Assembly (NCBI GenBank): GCA_038868975.1
Contig: JAWCSA010000002.1
Coordinates: 8,059 to 72,058 of the forward strand
DNA length: 64,000 bases
DNA from: Nitrososphaerales archaeon
Lineage (GTDB): Archaea > Thermoproteota > Nitrososphaeria > Nitrososphaerales > UBA213
Direction: 5' to 3'
Shown: positions 9,591 to 19,647 of the stretch, in pieces
Layout of the letters: every line of letters begins with the position of its first letter
Numbering within the stretch: position 1 is the first letter of the stretch
The notes under the pieces: model-generated
Told to the model about the DNA's origin: nothing
What the model saw: the letters and a program-made list of their open reading frames with translations, nothing else
Database searches by the model: none
Made by a program: the position numbers and the translations under genes

Positions 9591-10854
9591 ACTGAAGTTT
9601 AACGGTATATAAACAAAATTACGGAGAAAGTAAGTGATTTTGGATAGGAACGCAAATTGATCTGATGCTATAATCTTATTATTGCATGCTTGCTCTTGAT
9701 GCAGCGGCATGGCTTAAAGAATATACGAGCAGGTTGAGTTTGAGTTACAATCAGCAGAAACTGCTTGCCAGGTATGTTACTGGTCTGATCGCTTCTACTA
9801 ACAAAACAGTATCTGGCATAAGTTCGATATTCATAAAGCAGAGCAGGATATCCATGAACAGGCTGATGACAGAATGCCCATGGGATACAAGCAAGGTCAA
9901 TATGGAGAGGCTTGAGGAACTGCAGAAACATAATGAGACCAGATGGAGCAAAGATGGCATCCTTATCATCGATGATACCATAATGGAGAAGGAAGGGAAG
10001 GAGATACCGTACGTTGGAAAGTTCTACGACCATTCGCAGAACAGATTCGTTGATGGACACTGCATTGTAAGCACACACTATGCTGACCATAAGACAAGTT
10101 ATGCGATAGACTACAGGCTCTATCTGAAGAAGGGCAACGATGGGTTCAAGACAATGATAGAACTGGCGAAGGAGCTCATAGAACAGTACAGGTTCTTTAT
10201 ACCCGCACGAACGCTCGTATGGGACACGTGGTATACGTGTAAGGAGATGGTAGAGTATGTGGAAGGCATGGACAAGTTCTGGATAGGTGCAGGGAGGTCA
10301 AATATGCTTGTCAAGGTTAACAGGAAATATGTCACGGTTGAGGAATGGGCAGATTCCATAGACAGCAAAAAGTTCCATGAAGTAGAGGTTAATGAAAGGA
10401 AGTTCAGGTGTATAACAAACATCTGTACGTAAAGAGCCTCAATTGTTTCAAAAGAGTGGTAGTATCAGTTGCTGATAACGATAAGAAGGATAGGATCTAT
10501 CTGCTCACGAACTGGAGTGACCATGTGAAGAAGATTATAGCAGATTATATGCTGAGATGGAAGATAGAGAACTTCCACAAGGATGCAAAGCAGCACCTCG
10601 GCTTAGGAAAGGTACAGCTCAGGAACATAGAGGGTATCAAAAAGCATTGGTACCTTGTCTTCCTGGCCCATTCCCTACTGAGGCTTGGTGTTAGAGTCAT
10701 CCTTCGGAAGGACTCTGATACGGAGCATAGGGTGGAGAGTGAGAAGCGTATGTATAGAACTGCTGGAAGATTTCATCTCTTGGATCGTGAGCTCGGGTAA
10801 TCAGAACAAGGTGCATGAAATCATGGAGGTGTTTTTATACCGTTAAACTTCAGT
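9591..10854 (+). mobile_element. IS701/IS4-like insertion sequence (1264 bp) with 25-bp terminal inverted repeats
   Basis: Left IR 9591..9615 is ACTGAAGTTTAACGGTATATAAACA. The right IR 10830..10854 matches it at 24/25 when reverse complemented. I could not see a target-site duplication. Confidence 0.8.
9686..10800 (+). pseudogene. DDE transposase (IS701-like) split by a frameshift near 10396..10430
   Basis: ORF 9686..10432 has ILIIDDTIMEKEGKEIPYVGKFYDHSQNRFVDGHCIVSTHY. ORF 10408..10800 has YMLRWKIENFHKDAKQHLGL. The catalytic residues are therefore split across two frames, and no obvious slippery heptamer is present. Confidence 0.7.
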
Positions 10855-12097
10855 TACTCCTCATAAGTAATACCTCCTCGAACAACCTTCTCGCTACCTG
10901 CCTCTTGCTCTGCAACGGCAGGTGTATGATTCGCTTCTCCTTTAACACAACAAACACCTCGCTAGTATCTGAACCAATTTCAGATCCCTTTCTTGAAACA
11001 TCGTTGGCAATTATCATATCAGCATCGCACTCCTTCATTCTTGCATATGCCCTCTTCACAAGTTCCTCATTGCTGACATTGCTATCCGCTTTGAATGCAA
11101 CAAGGAATGTTTGAGGGCTAACCTTCTTTATCTGATCCACTATCTTGCTCGTTGTCTGTAAACTGATGGTTATCTGCTCGTTTACTCTAGTATCTATCTT
11201 CTCTGTTGCCTGCCTAGCAGGCTTAAAGTCGGATACCGCAGCTGTCATTACCGCAATGTCATAGGTATTGTTCCTAAGTTCATTAACAACAGCGTCCATC
11301 ATCTCCTCACTTGTCTTTACCCTTATCACCCTGATACGATCAGGAATGTCAGCATAGCCATGACCGTAAACCATGGTTACGTTTGCACCCAATTGCAATG
11401 CCTCTTCTGCAATCGCAGCACCAAACTTACCAGAAGCGGGATTTGTAACCACTCTAATTGGATCGATGTACTCAACTGTAGCACCTGCAGTAACAAGGAT
11501 ATTCTTGCCCCTCAGTTTCGAGTTGAATTTACGCAGCACAGCATCCAATACCACTTCTGGCCCAGCAACCTTTGCCTTCCCTTCAACAATATTTGGCTCA
11601 ATGAACTCAACCAATGGCCTCATTTTCTCCATATTCTCCTTAAGTATGGGATTCTCATACATAGCCTCATGCATAGCCGGAGCAATCATTATTGGTATTT
11701 TTGAACCAAGAGCAACACTTGCTATTGATGTTACAGGCGTATCATCTATTCCATTGGCAATCTTACTCAACGTATTGCCAGTGCATGGATAATAAATTAT
11801 CAGGTCTGACATGTTATAGTTTGCAAGTTGCACATGTTCAAGTTTCCATGTTAACTCATTGACAACATCATTGCCGGTAGCCCATCGCATGAGGTCAGCC
11901 GTTATGAGTTTCTCTGCGGACTTGCTAATAACAGCATAAACTTCTGCTCCATGCCTCATCAATAACCTAGATAGATCAACTGCCTTATACGCAGCAACAC
12001 TCCCACTTATACACAGAACAATCTTCTTACCTTTCAATTCTTCCCCGTCTGAGCATAATATATCTTTTGAGGGATGCTCATTCATTTTCGCTTTCAC
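10850..12097 (-). CDS. coaBC: Bifunctional phosphopantothenoylcysteine decarboxylase / phosphopantothenate-cysteine ligase
   Basis: N-terminal flavoprotein block KIVLCISGSVAAYKA. CoaB block LVTAGATVEYIDPIRVVTNPASGKFG. The stop codon lies inside the IS right IR. Confidence 0.85.
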   Translation of the reverse strand: MKAKMNEHPSKDILCSDGEELKGKKIVLCISGSVAAYKAVDLSRLLMRHGAEVYAVISKSAEKLITADLMRWATGNDVVNELTWKLEHVQLANYNMSDLIIYYPCTGNTLSKIANGIDDTPVTSIASVALGSKIPIMIAPAMHEAMYENPILKENMEKMRPLVEFIEPNIVEGKAKVAGPEVVLDAVLRKFNSKLRGKNILVTAGATVEYIDPIRVVTNPASGKFGAAIAEEALQLGANVTMVYGHGYADIPDRIRVIRVKTSEEMMDAVVNELRNNTYDIAVMTAAVSDFKPARQATEKIDTRVNEQITISLQTTSKIVDQIKKVSPQTFLVAFKADSNVSNEELVKRAYARMKECDADMIIANDVSRKGSEIGSDTSEVFVVLKEKRIIHLPLQSKRQVARRLFEEVLLMRSN

Positions 12098-12954
12098 TCC
12101 TTCTCTATCACGCCCAAATCCTTCAACTCCTCATATTCCTTTGCATCCATGTGAAATGTATTTTCTTCTGCTGGAAATCTTCCGCTCTCAACATCGCTCA
12201 TGTACGACGTTACTGCCTTGCCTATCTCATCTCCCAGCTCAGCATATCTCTTAACAAACCTTGGCTTCATCTGCTGATACAATCCCAGCATATCATGTAT
12301 TACCAGTACCTGACCATCACAAAAATTACCGGATCCAATTCCTATGGTCGGAACCTTAACAGACTCGGTAATTATCTTTGCTACTTCTGTAGCGACCTTC
12401 TCCAGAACTATGCAATACACACCAGCCCTCTCCAGCGCTTTTGCATCCTGTATTAACTTGATAGCAGATTCCTTATCCTTGCCCTGAACCCTATACCCCT
12501 GCCACATGGGAGCGGTTTGGGGCAGCAATCCTATATGCCCCATGACCGGCACGCCAGCCCTAACAATGGCCTTTACAGTAGCAGAAATCTCTTCCCCTCC
12601 CTCAAGCTTAACAGCATCAGCGTTGGCTTCCTTCACAAACCTGCACGCGTTTCTAACCGCTCCGGTAACATCAACCTGATAGGACATGAAAGGCATATCT
12701 GCTACCACCATTGCCCTCTTACTCCCTCTAGCAACAGCTCCACAAAATAGCACCATTTCATCCATTGTAACAGGAGTAGTTGTATTGTAGCCAAGCATGA
12801 CCATACCAGCACTGTCTCCTACAAGCAAAATATCAATGCCTGTCTTATCACAGATTGTTGCGGTTGTAAAATCGTAAGCAGTAAGTACACTTATCCTTCT
12901 CTTATACTTCATTGAAACAATGTCGCTAACAGTGGTCTTTCCCATATGCTCCAT
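12094..12954 (-). CDS. panB: 3-methyl-2-oxobutanoate (ketopantoate) hydroxymethyltransferase
   Basis: LTAYD, KLEGG and GHIGLLPQ blocks. 4-nt overlap with coaBC. Confidence 0.85.
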   Translation of the reverse strand: MEHMGKTTVSDIVSMKYKRRISVLTAYDFTTATICDKTGIDILLVGDSAGMVMLGYNTTTPVTMDEMVLFCGAVARGSKRAMVVADMPFMSYQVDVTGAVRNACRFVKEANADAVKLEGGEEISATVKAIVRAGVPVMGHIGLLPQTAPMWQGYRVQGKDKESAIKLIQDAKALERAGVYCIVLEKVATEVAKIITESVKVPTIGIGSGNFCDGQVLVIHDMLGLYQQMKPRFVKRYAELGDEIGKAVTSYMSDVESGRFPAEENTFHMDAKEYEELKDLGVIEKE

Positions 12955-13705
12955 TCAACTTCAACCCGCTAAGAATTAACTTGAGAGAAGAATCTAGGTT
13001 CTTCTTGTTATCAAACTCATATGCTATTTTCCGTAGCTCCTTCCTCTTCATCCTTTTCATCTGTCTGGCAAGTCTTACCATCCTAGCCATCGTTCTAACA
13101 ACGTTATCAACTATTGTAACATTAGCCTTTTGAGCAGTCCTAGATAATGGATTCAAATCAACAGCAATTACTCTCTTACCCATCCTTACCAGTGCCTCGG
13201 TCCTGTCGCCGTCCTCCAGTGGTATCAAAACTACGTCAGCAGCATAGATTCCGTCTGGGTCGACCCTCCTTCTCTCGCTCATCAATTCAGGGATGGTTAC
13301 AGATGCCCTGCTCCCTATGCCCAGCACCTTCTTCGCACCATTGGCAACCAGTAGCTTCTCTATAGAAAGTTCCCTGCCAAGCGTCCTGTAGAACAAGTTT
13401 ACCTCTATTGCAGCATTGGTTACTTCAGCAAGTTCAACTATATCTTTAGGGCACAGGCATGTTACATTGCCGTTTACGGAGATAACCGGCCTCCTTGCTA
13501 AAAGCATATGAGCAACCGCACACCTCATTGCATGAAGCGCATACTTGCTAGTTCTTTCCCTGATAAGATAGTCAAAGGCCTCTCCTCTCCCATGCGCAAT
13601 CAACCCTTCCTCAACCACTATATTATTACGGAACCCATCAACCAGCCTCTCCCTTATCCTCAGTGACTTGGCTCTAGGATGGTTGCGAGGGATGTTTCTT
13701 AACAT
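12926..13705 (-). CDS. Archaeal phosphopantothenate synthetase (4-phosphopantoate--beta-alanine ligase)
   Basis: N-terminal HPRAKSLRIRERL..GLIAHGRGEAFDYL pattern of the archaeal PPS family. It lies between the pantoate kinase gene and panB. Confidence 0.7.
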   Translation of the reverse strand: MLRNIPRNHPRAKSLRIRERLVDGFRNNIVVEEGLIAHGRGEAFDYLIRERTSKYALHAMRCAVAHMLLARRPVISVNGNVTCLCPKDIVELAEVTNAAIEVNLFYRTLGRELSIEKLLVANGAKKVLGIGSRASVTIPELMSERRRVDPDGIYAADVVLIPLEDGDRTEALVRMGKRVIAVDLNPLSRTAQKANVTIVDNVVRTMARMVRLARQMKRMKRKELRKIAYEFDNKKNLDSSLKLILSGLKLNGAYGKDHC

Positions 13706-14574
13706 GTTCTAGCTCCATAGTTATCGATACTGCACACCAGCATCTTTCCATCATATCTATCAAGAATTTTCTTAACACTATGAACATCATCATTGACAAT
13801 TAAAAATACAGTCTCACCAAACATTGCTGTTGATGCCCTGTAACCATTAGCAAGCAAGTCTTCAATGATCTGCTCGCACCTGTCGCTCATGAATCCAATC
13901 GACTTGGCAAATTCTAGTGATAAATCCACGAAGGTGTCGATCGACTTGTTATTTATCAATCTGGAAAGCATCTTTCCACCAATACCATTCATCAATTGCA
14001 CCTTGTTGGTAAGAAATTCTTTTGTTGAAACAGGGGCAATGCAAAACAGTACCGCTTTCCTACCATAAACCGGAATCTTTTCTACTAGTCCAATGCCAGG
14101 TGCCCCGGCATTTAATCGCATCTCAAACCCACCATGAAACTCTGCAATAACAGTGCCGACACCGCACCTACAAGTAAAATCTGCCTTGTGTGCGATCTGA
14201 GCTGCTTGAAGGTTGGTAAGTGGTCTGCCAAGTGCTTCGTTAAGTGCATATGACAAACTTAGTGCTGCTGCGCCGCTTGCACCCAGCCCGTACCCAATAG
14301 GAATTTGAGACTCATGCTCAACAATGATGCTATAATTTTTCTTCAGCAATGCAAGGTATTCGCCTACGACATACCTGGACACTTCAGCATCGTCATGCTT
14401 CCCATTGACAAATACGGAACATCTTTTACCTTCTTCAACGCTTACCCTTGTTCTAATGCCGCTGCTTATGGAAAATCCAGCCCCAAGCGATCCATTGAGC
14501 AATGGATCGTCATGTTGCATAGGGAACTGAACAAAGCCAGTTACATGCCCGGGTGAGAATGCTTCGGCACGCAT
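13699..14574 (-). CDS. Pantoate kinase (GHMP kinase family)
   Basis: GHMP motif PIGYGLGASGAAALSLSYALNEA. Operon context with PPS, panB and coaBC. Confidence 0.7.
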   Translation of the reverse strand: MRAEAFSPGHVTGFVQFPMQHDDPLLNGSLGAGFSISSGIRTRVSVEEGKRCSVFVNGKHDDAEVSRYVVGEYLALLKKNYSIIVEHESQIPIGYGLGASGAAALSLSYALNEALGRPLTNLQAAQIAHKADFTCRCGVGTVIAEFHGGFEMRLNAGAPGIGLVEKIPVYGRKAVLFCIAPVSTKEFLTNKVQLMNGIGGKMLSRLINNKSIDTFVDLSLEFAKSIGFMSDRCEQIIEDLLANGYRASTAMFGETVFLIVNDDVHSVKKILDRYDGKMLVCSIDNYGARTC

Positions 14575-14639
14575 GTATACGATCGATCGCCCGACAAGTA
14601 TATATAAATAATCTATAAAAAGTATAAATAGGTTTAAAC

Positions 14640-15611
14640 ATGGTCAAATACGCGAGAAGGCTGCAGAGGATTGGAAGCAGTGCACTTGTTTCGCTACCAA
14701 ATGAGTGGGTAAGGAACAACAGTCTGGACAAGGGCGCTACCGTTGTTATGGAAGTGGGCAAAGATAATTCGATTATAGTTTACCCTACAGGGAGCGAGCA
14801 GGAGGAGGTAAAGGAAATTGTCATACAGTATCCATCAAAGTATAATGATGCCATAGTGAATGAAATTACCGGCGCGTATCTGCTGGGCTATGATGTTATA
14901 AAAGTGAAAGGGAACATGCAGATTTCGTATGATGATAGAGAGATGATCAAGGAAGTTATTAGGAAGATGGTGGGCATGGAGATAGTTGACGAAGACGCTT
15001 ATAATATAACCGCACAGTTCCTGCTTGACGCTTCAACGCTCGATCCTGCGAAGATTCTCTACCGAATGAGCTCCATTGTATCTGGAATGTATAAAGATAG
15101 TGTAACGTCTTTAACTGATAAGGACCCCAACTTGCTAAAGATAATTAGTAGGAGAGACGATGAAGTCGACAGGCAGTACTTCCTTCTGGTGAGGTTGATT
15201 AGAAGCGCAATTATGAATCCTAAACTTGCCAGTAAGTTGGGTTTATCAAACATAGACATGCTTGACTACAGGATCGCGGCAAACCTTTTCGAGAGTGCCG
15301 GTGATGCCACGGTTGACCTTGCAAAAGCCATTTCAAATGCGGATCAGCTGAAGAAATCGGGTGGGTTGAAGAGAGTGGCCGAGCTTATAGAAAGCATACA
15401 TGACACTGCATTAAGCGCATTTGCAAAGAAAAACAGGGCAGATTCTATAAGAGCAATAAAGCAGTATTCAAAATTCAAAGACCTTCTTGATTCTGTCAAG
15501 CAAAATGCTACAGCAAATACGCTGAATATAATATACCAGATGGATAAGATCGCTAGGTGCTGGGTAGATGTCGTTGATCTTGTGAAGCCTATACCATCTG
15601 CAGGCTCATAG
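14640..15611 (+). CDS. AbrB/SpoVT-domain plus PhoU-domain regulator
   Basis: N-terminal LQRIGSSALVSLPNEWVRNNSLDKGATV is an AbrB-type swapped hairpin. The helical PhoU-like remainder follows. Divergent from the CoA operon across a TATA-rich 65-bp spacer. Confidence 0.6.
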   Translation: MVKYARRLQRIGSSALVSLPNEWVRNNSLDKGATVVMEVGKDNSIIVYPTGSEQEEVKEIVIQYPSKYNDAIVNEITGAYLLGYDVIKVKGNMQISYDDREMIKEVIRKMVGMEIVDEDAYNITAQFLLDASTLDPAKILYRMSSIVSGMYKDSVTSLTDKDPNLLKIISRRDDEVDRQYFLLVRLIRSAIMNPKLASKLGLSNIDMLDYRIAANLFESAGDATVDLAKAISNADQLKKSGGLKRVAELIESIHDTALSAFAKKNRADSIRAIKQYSKFKDLLDSVKQNATANTLNIIYQMDKIARCWVDVVDLVKPIPSAGS

Positions 15612-15872
15612 TCCACAAAGACGCATGCGTTGAAAGATGGTGAATAATGCCTTGATGAAAGATGACTATGTATCAAGGGATTGGGAAGGAACCTGTAATC
15701 CCATATATGTTCCTGATAACCTTTCATAATACATTGGCGAACTGGATGGTTTGGATATGCAGATACATTGTAAATTCGCAATGAATTTCTTCGCTAGAAT
15801 CTATTAACGCTAACTGCATTAGAAATAGCATGCTACATTAGTCGGATCCGGCAAAATTGTTAATGCGCATTG

Positions 15873-18356
15873 TCATTTCACTTCTCTCTCCAATTTGTCA
15901 AGCCTCTGCACAAGTTCTAAGTTCATTGCCCTCAACTTGTCCACCTCCTCCCTCATCTGCGTAACCTCCTTTGGCACCTGCATCGATTCTTTAATCACCA
16001 TCACGTTCTCCTCCGCCATTCTCCTTACTCTAGGGTCAATGTCGTTACTTGCAACCCATTCAATATCTGGAATAGCCTTGGATTCCTGTGCCTCCGCAAA
16101 TGCCTTGATCGCATTTATCCTGACCTTGAACCATGGATCCTTTAGCAATTGCTTCAGATGATCGATGACCCTATCATTATTCTTAGCAAACTTGCCAAGT
16201 GCGAGTGTTGCAGCCTCTCTTACCTTGTGGTGCTTGCCCAGTTTCGACTGCTCTATTAACACATGTGATGCAATCTCATCCTTCAACTCACCCAAGCCGG
16301 CAAGTGCCCCCGATGCTACAACCTCGTTGAACGATCTTATGCGCAATGCCTTCAGCAGTGTGGCAAATACTTCCTTGGAGGTAGATTTTCCAAGGGAGGT
16401 AGCAGCCTCAGACTGCACAAAGTAACTCTCGTCACTCTCCAGTAATGGCTGGAGCAATGGAACACTTTCTGGTTTCTTGAACTCTCCAATCGCTTTTACA
16501 ACGGCCCTCCTTACTTTAGGATGCTTTGCCTTTAGACCATCTACCAATGCGCTGTAGGCAGCATCGGTCTTGATATTACCTAGCGCTTGTGCACATTGAG
16601 CAGACACGCCCCAGAAGGCGTCATTCAGCATCTTTTCTTTTAATGCCTGTATCACATCGTCAGATGCAAAATTGGACAGGGCTTTTGCAGCATAAATTCT
16701 TTCTACGGTATTTCCATTCCTTAACTGTTCAATAAGCATCTGCTTAGAGACCTTCACGTCCATTCTCTTAAGCAACTTGTTCGCTGGATCAACGCTGAAC
16801 CACATTGGCTCGGCGTCAAGTGTAACGTGGAGTGAAGACTCCTTTGAATCTATGTTAAACTTGTATTGCTTCTCGCCACTATGTGTTACAATATGCACAT
16901 CTAGCGGGAAGGAGTATATCGGCGTTCCATCCTCTGTGTTTTGTGTCTGCGCTACCTTTATTGTAGATACCTTAGAATAATGGTCATACATGAACTCAAC
17001 TGTAAGTTCAAGGTGCCCCGGTTTGTAGAGATACTGCTCGAAGAACCGCTGCAGGCTTATGCCAGATGCCTCCTCCACACATTTTCTAAAGTCATCAGTC
17101 TCGGCATTTTTGTAGCTGAACCTTTCCACATAAAGTTTAACGGCTTTTCTAAATACGCTATCACCAACAATACTCCTCAACATGTGAAGCGTGCATGCGC
17201 CCTTCTCATATGTATGACGATCAAAAAGGTCGTCAGGGTGCTTGTACACGTTAGTAACTATAGGCCTCTTGTATCTTTTGGAAGCTTCCTCAAAATATTC
17301 CTCTGCTAACTGCATCATATAGTAATTGAATTCATCCTCTCCTTTGCTGTTCAACCATGAAAGTGCTTCAAAGTAAGTTGCAAATGATTCGTTGAGCCAT
17401 ACGTGCTGCCAGTCCCTGCATGTTACCAAGTCACCAAACCACTGATGTGCAAGTTCATGGGAGACAAGATGGTCGCTTGTAAAATCTATGTGAGCCTTCT
17501 TGTCATGCAGCGTGTCCATCGTAAGCGTGGTTGCACTGACGTTCTCCATTCCGCCGTAGATAAAGTCATCAACTGTAACCTGGGAATATTTATCATACGG
17601 ATACTTTACACCGATGTACTCTTCAAAAAACTTCATCATGTTTCTTGTGTTCGAGAAGGATAGTGCTGCGTTCTCAACTTTATCCGATGGGACATAATAA
17701 AGTAGATCAATACCATTATAGTTCTCCCTGATCTCCTCATATTTTCCAATTACAACAGAAGTTAGATACGCTGGATGCACATGATCCTCCACCCAATGAT
17801 ATCTTGTTTTGCCAGATTTGGCAACGTCCACAAGCTTTCCATTGGATATTGCAATGAACTCGCTGGGAACCTCAATGATCATTTCGCTCGTGAATTTCAT
17901 GTCAGGATGATCAAAACATGGAAACCAGTATTTGGACAGAGAAGCTTCTCCCTGCGTCCACGCCTGAAGCTGTTTGTTTGGATAATAGCTATCAGGCTTT
18001 ACGAAGTAAAAGCCCTGCCTAGGTCTTGCGCTGTAACCTACAGTAAGGGCGATGGTCTCGCCCTCATCTATTGGCGAAGGTAGTTCTATCCTCAGTTTGT
18101 CATCCACGGTCTTGAACCGTAATGATTCCTCGTTCATATCAACTGTTATTATGTTCAGCTCAGCAGCATCCAAGATTATATGATCCAGTTTATCCTGTAT
18201 AGCATTAATTATAAGCGTCTGCTTGCACGTGATGCTCTTTCCCTCAAAATCTGGCTTGAGCTCAAGTTTCATATGTTTTATCGCAAACTGCTTGGTCGGA
18301 ACGTAATTTGGTTTGCTTCCAGCCAGCTCAAACTTTCTACTCGCTTGTGCGGACAT
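15873..18356 (-). CDS. M1-family aminopeptidase N with C-terminal HEAT-like repeats
   Basis: GGMEN exopeptidase motif, HELAHQWFGDLVT zinc site and WLNESFA. The C-terminal third has repeated HEAT/PBS-lyase-like units and ends in a coiled-coil tail. Confidence 0.85.
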   Translation of the reverse strand: MSAQASRKFELAGSKPNYVPTKQFAIKHMKLELKPDFEGKSITCKQTLIINAIQDKLDHIILDAAELNIITVDMNEESLRFKTVDDKLRIELPSPIDEGETIALTVGYSARPRQGFYFVKPDSYYPNKQLQAWTQGEASLSKYWFPCFDHPDMKFTSEMIIEVPSEFIAISNGKLVDVAKSGKTRYHWVEDHVHPAYLTSVVIGKYEEIRENYNGIDLLYYVPSDKVENAALSFSNTRNMMKFFEEYIGVKYPYDKYSQVTVDDFIYGGMENVSATTLTMDTLHDKKAHIDFTSDHLVSHELAHQWFGDLVTCRDWQHVWLNESFATYFEALSWLNSKGEDEFNYYMMQLAEEYFEEASKRYKRPIVTNVYKHPDDLFDRHTYEKGACTLHMLRSIVGDSVFRKAVKLYVERFSYKNAETDDFRKCVEEASGISLQRFFEQYLYKPGHLELTVEFMYDHYSKVSTIKVAQTQNTEDGTPIYSFPLDVHIVTHSGEKQYKFNIDSKESSLHVTLDAEPMWFSVDPANKLLKRMDVKVSKQMLIEQLRNGNTVERIYAAKALSNFASDDVIQALKEKMLNDAFWGVSAQCAQALGNIKTDAAYSALVDGLKAKHPKVRRAVVKAIGEFKKPESVPLLQPLLESDESYFVQSEAATSLGKSTSKEVFATLLKALRIRSFNEVVASGALAGLGELKDEIASHVLIEQSKLGKHHKVREAATLALGKFAKNNDRVIDHLKQLLKDPWFKVRINAIKAFAEAQESKAIPDIEWVASNDIDPRVRRMAEENVMVIKESMQVPKEVTQMREEVDKLRAMNLELVQRLDKLEREVK

Positions 18357-18505
18357 GAACTAGCATTCCTAACCAATGTATAATAAATATTTGCAAAAGA
18401 AAATTTGATGAGACGTCAGTCGAGATGCATCTCCTCATATCCTGGTGTCCTAAGGATCAGTGCAGGTTAGTCTCATCAGCAATACACTTTAAGCAAATAG
18501 GAAAT

Positions 18506-19045
18506 TTAACCTTTGCTTGCAAGATAGGTAAGCACTGCACATATAGTCTTGGCATCCTGAATCTCTCCATTCAAGATCATCTTTACAGCTTCATCTACCT
18601 TTATCTCAACGACGTTAAGCTGCTCATCAGGATCCATTTCATGACTTACCTCCTTCAGATCGGTAGCAACAAAGAAGTGTATCAGTTCGGTGCAGTAGCC
18701 AGGGGTCATGTAGCATCTCATAAGAGCTTCTAACTTCCCAGCCTCATACCCCGTCTCCTCGATCAGCTCCCTTCTAGCACAATCTTCGGGATTTTCTCCG
18801 TCTTCAAGCGTTCCAGCAGGGATCTCGTAGAGCTCCCTATCAATTGCATACCTGTATTGCTTCTCCATGACTATTGTATCATCAATCAATGGAAGTATAG
18901 CGGCTGAGCCACCATGTTCGACAACTTCCCTTACCGCTTGCCTACCGTTGATCCACACGTTATCAACCCTTACACTGATTATCTTTCCATCATATACACG
19001 CCTGCTTGTCACATTATCACATCCATTGACACTACCCTTAAACAT
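18506..19045 (-). CDS. Nudix hydrolase (ADP-ribose pyrophosphatase-like)
   Basis: Nudix box GTLEDGENPEDCARRELIEETGY. Confidence 0.8.
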   Translation of the reverse strand: MFKGSVNGCDNVTSRRVYDGKIISVRVDNVWINGRQAVREVVEHGGSAAILPLIDDTIVMEKQYRYAIDRELYEIPAGTLEDGENPEDCARRELIEETGYEAGKLEALMRCYMTPGYCTELIHFFVATDLKEVSHEMDPDEQLNVVEIKVDEAVKMILNGEIQDAKTICAVLTYLASKG

Positions 19046-19057
19046 ATCTGTCGATTG

Positions 19058-19486
19058 ATGAACTATATGGCAGTAATAACAAAAACAATGAAAATTCGAA
19101 CGAAAGGTGAACTGCAGATGATCAACATAACTGAAGAAGTGGAAGCCGTTGTTAGGGAGAGTAAAGTTAGTGACGGGATTGCAACCATATTTGTTCCAGG
19201 ATCAACTGCTGCCGTTACAACGATAGAATACGAGCCTGGATTGCTCAAGGACTTTCCGGAAATGCTGGAGAGGGTTGCGCCAAGGAACATAAGGTACGAG
19301 CATGAGCAGATGTGGCATGACGGCAATGGGCATTCGCATGTAAGAGCGTCTTTGATAGGGCCATCATTAACTGTGCCCTTTGTCCATAAACAGTTAGCTC
19401 TAGGCACATGGCAGCAGATAGTGTTGATAGAGCTTGATATCAGGAGCAGGGAAAGAAAACTAGTTGTGCAGGTAATTGGAGAGTGA
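19058..19486 (+). CDS. YjbQ/UPF0047 family (secondary thiamine-phosphate synthase-like) protein
   Basis: GSTAAVTTIEYEPGLLKDF...HSHVRASLIGPSLTVPF...LGTWQQIVLIELD. The upstream part of the track ORF overlaps the Nudix gene, so an internal ATG (19058 or 19088) is preferred. Confidence 0.7.
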   Translation: MNYMAVITKTMKIRTKGELQMINITEEVEAVVRESKVSDGIATIFVPGSTAAVTTIEYEPGLLKDFPEMLERVAPRNIRYEHEQMWHDGNGHSHVRASLIGPSLTVPFVHKQLALGTWQQIVLIELDIRSRERKLVVQVIGE

Positions 19487-19647
19487 CAAAAGTATTCAAT
19501 AAAAGCCATGTTACGAGTATTCAAACTAATAGTGAAAGAATTGAAGATGCTATGGTAAGAATGTAAAGCTATTAGTTATGAAAACGGTAAATAGATTCTC
19601 ATTGAAACCCGCTATGGTTATATTGCTTTCACAAGTATTGATCGGTA

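Noticed and set aside
11373-11792. Long antisense ORFs inside well-supported genes. Examples: 11360..11704 and 11373..11792 in coaBC, 31157..31669 and 31392..31790 in atpA/atpB, 33053..33448 in atpD, 59397..59846, 20864..21229, 23283..23651 and 41967..42329.
   Set aside because: They overlap genes with strong motif support on the other strand, have low-complexity Ser/Leu/Ile-rich composition and no motifs. These are typical shadow ORFs.
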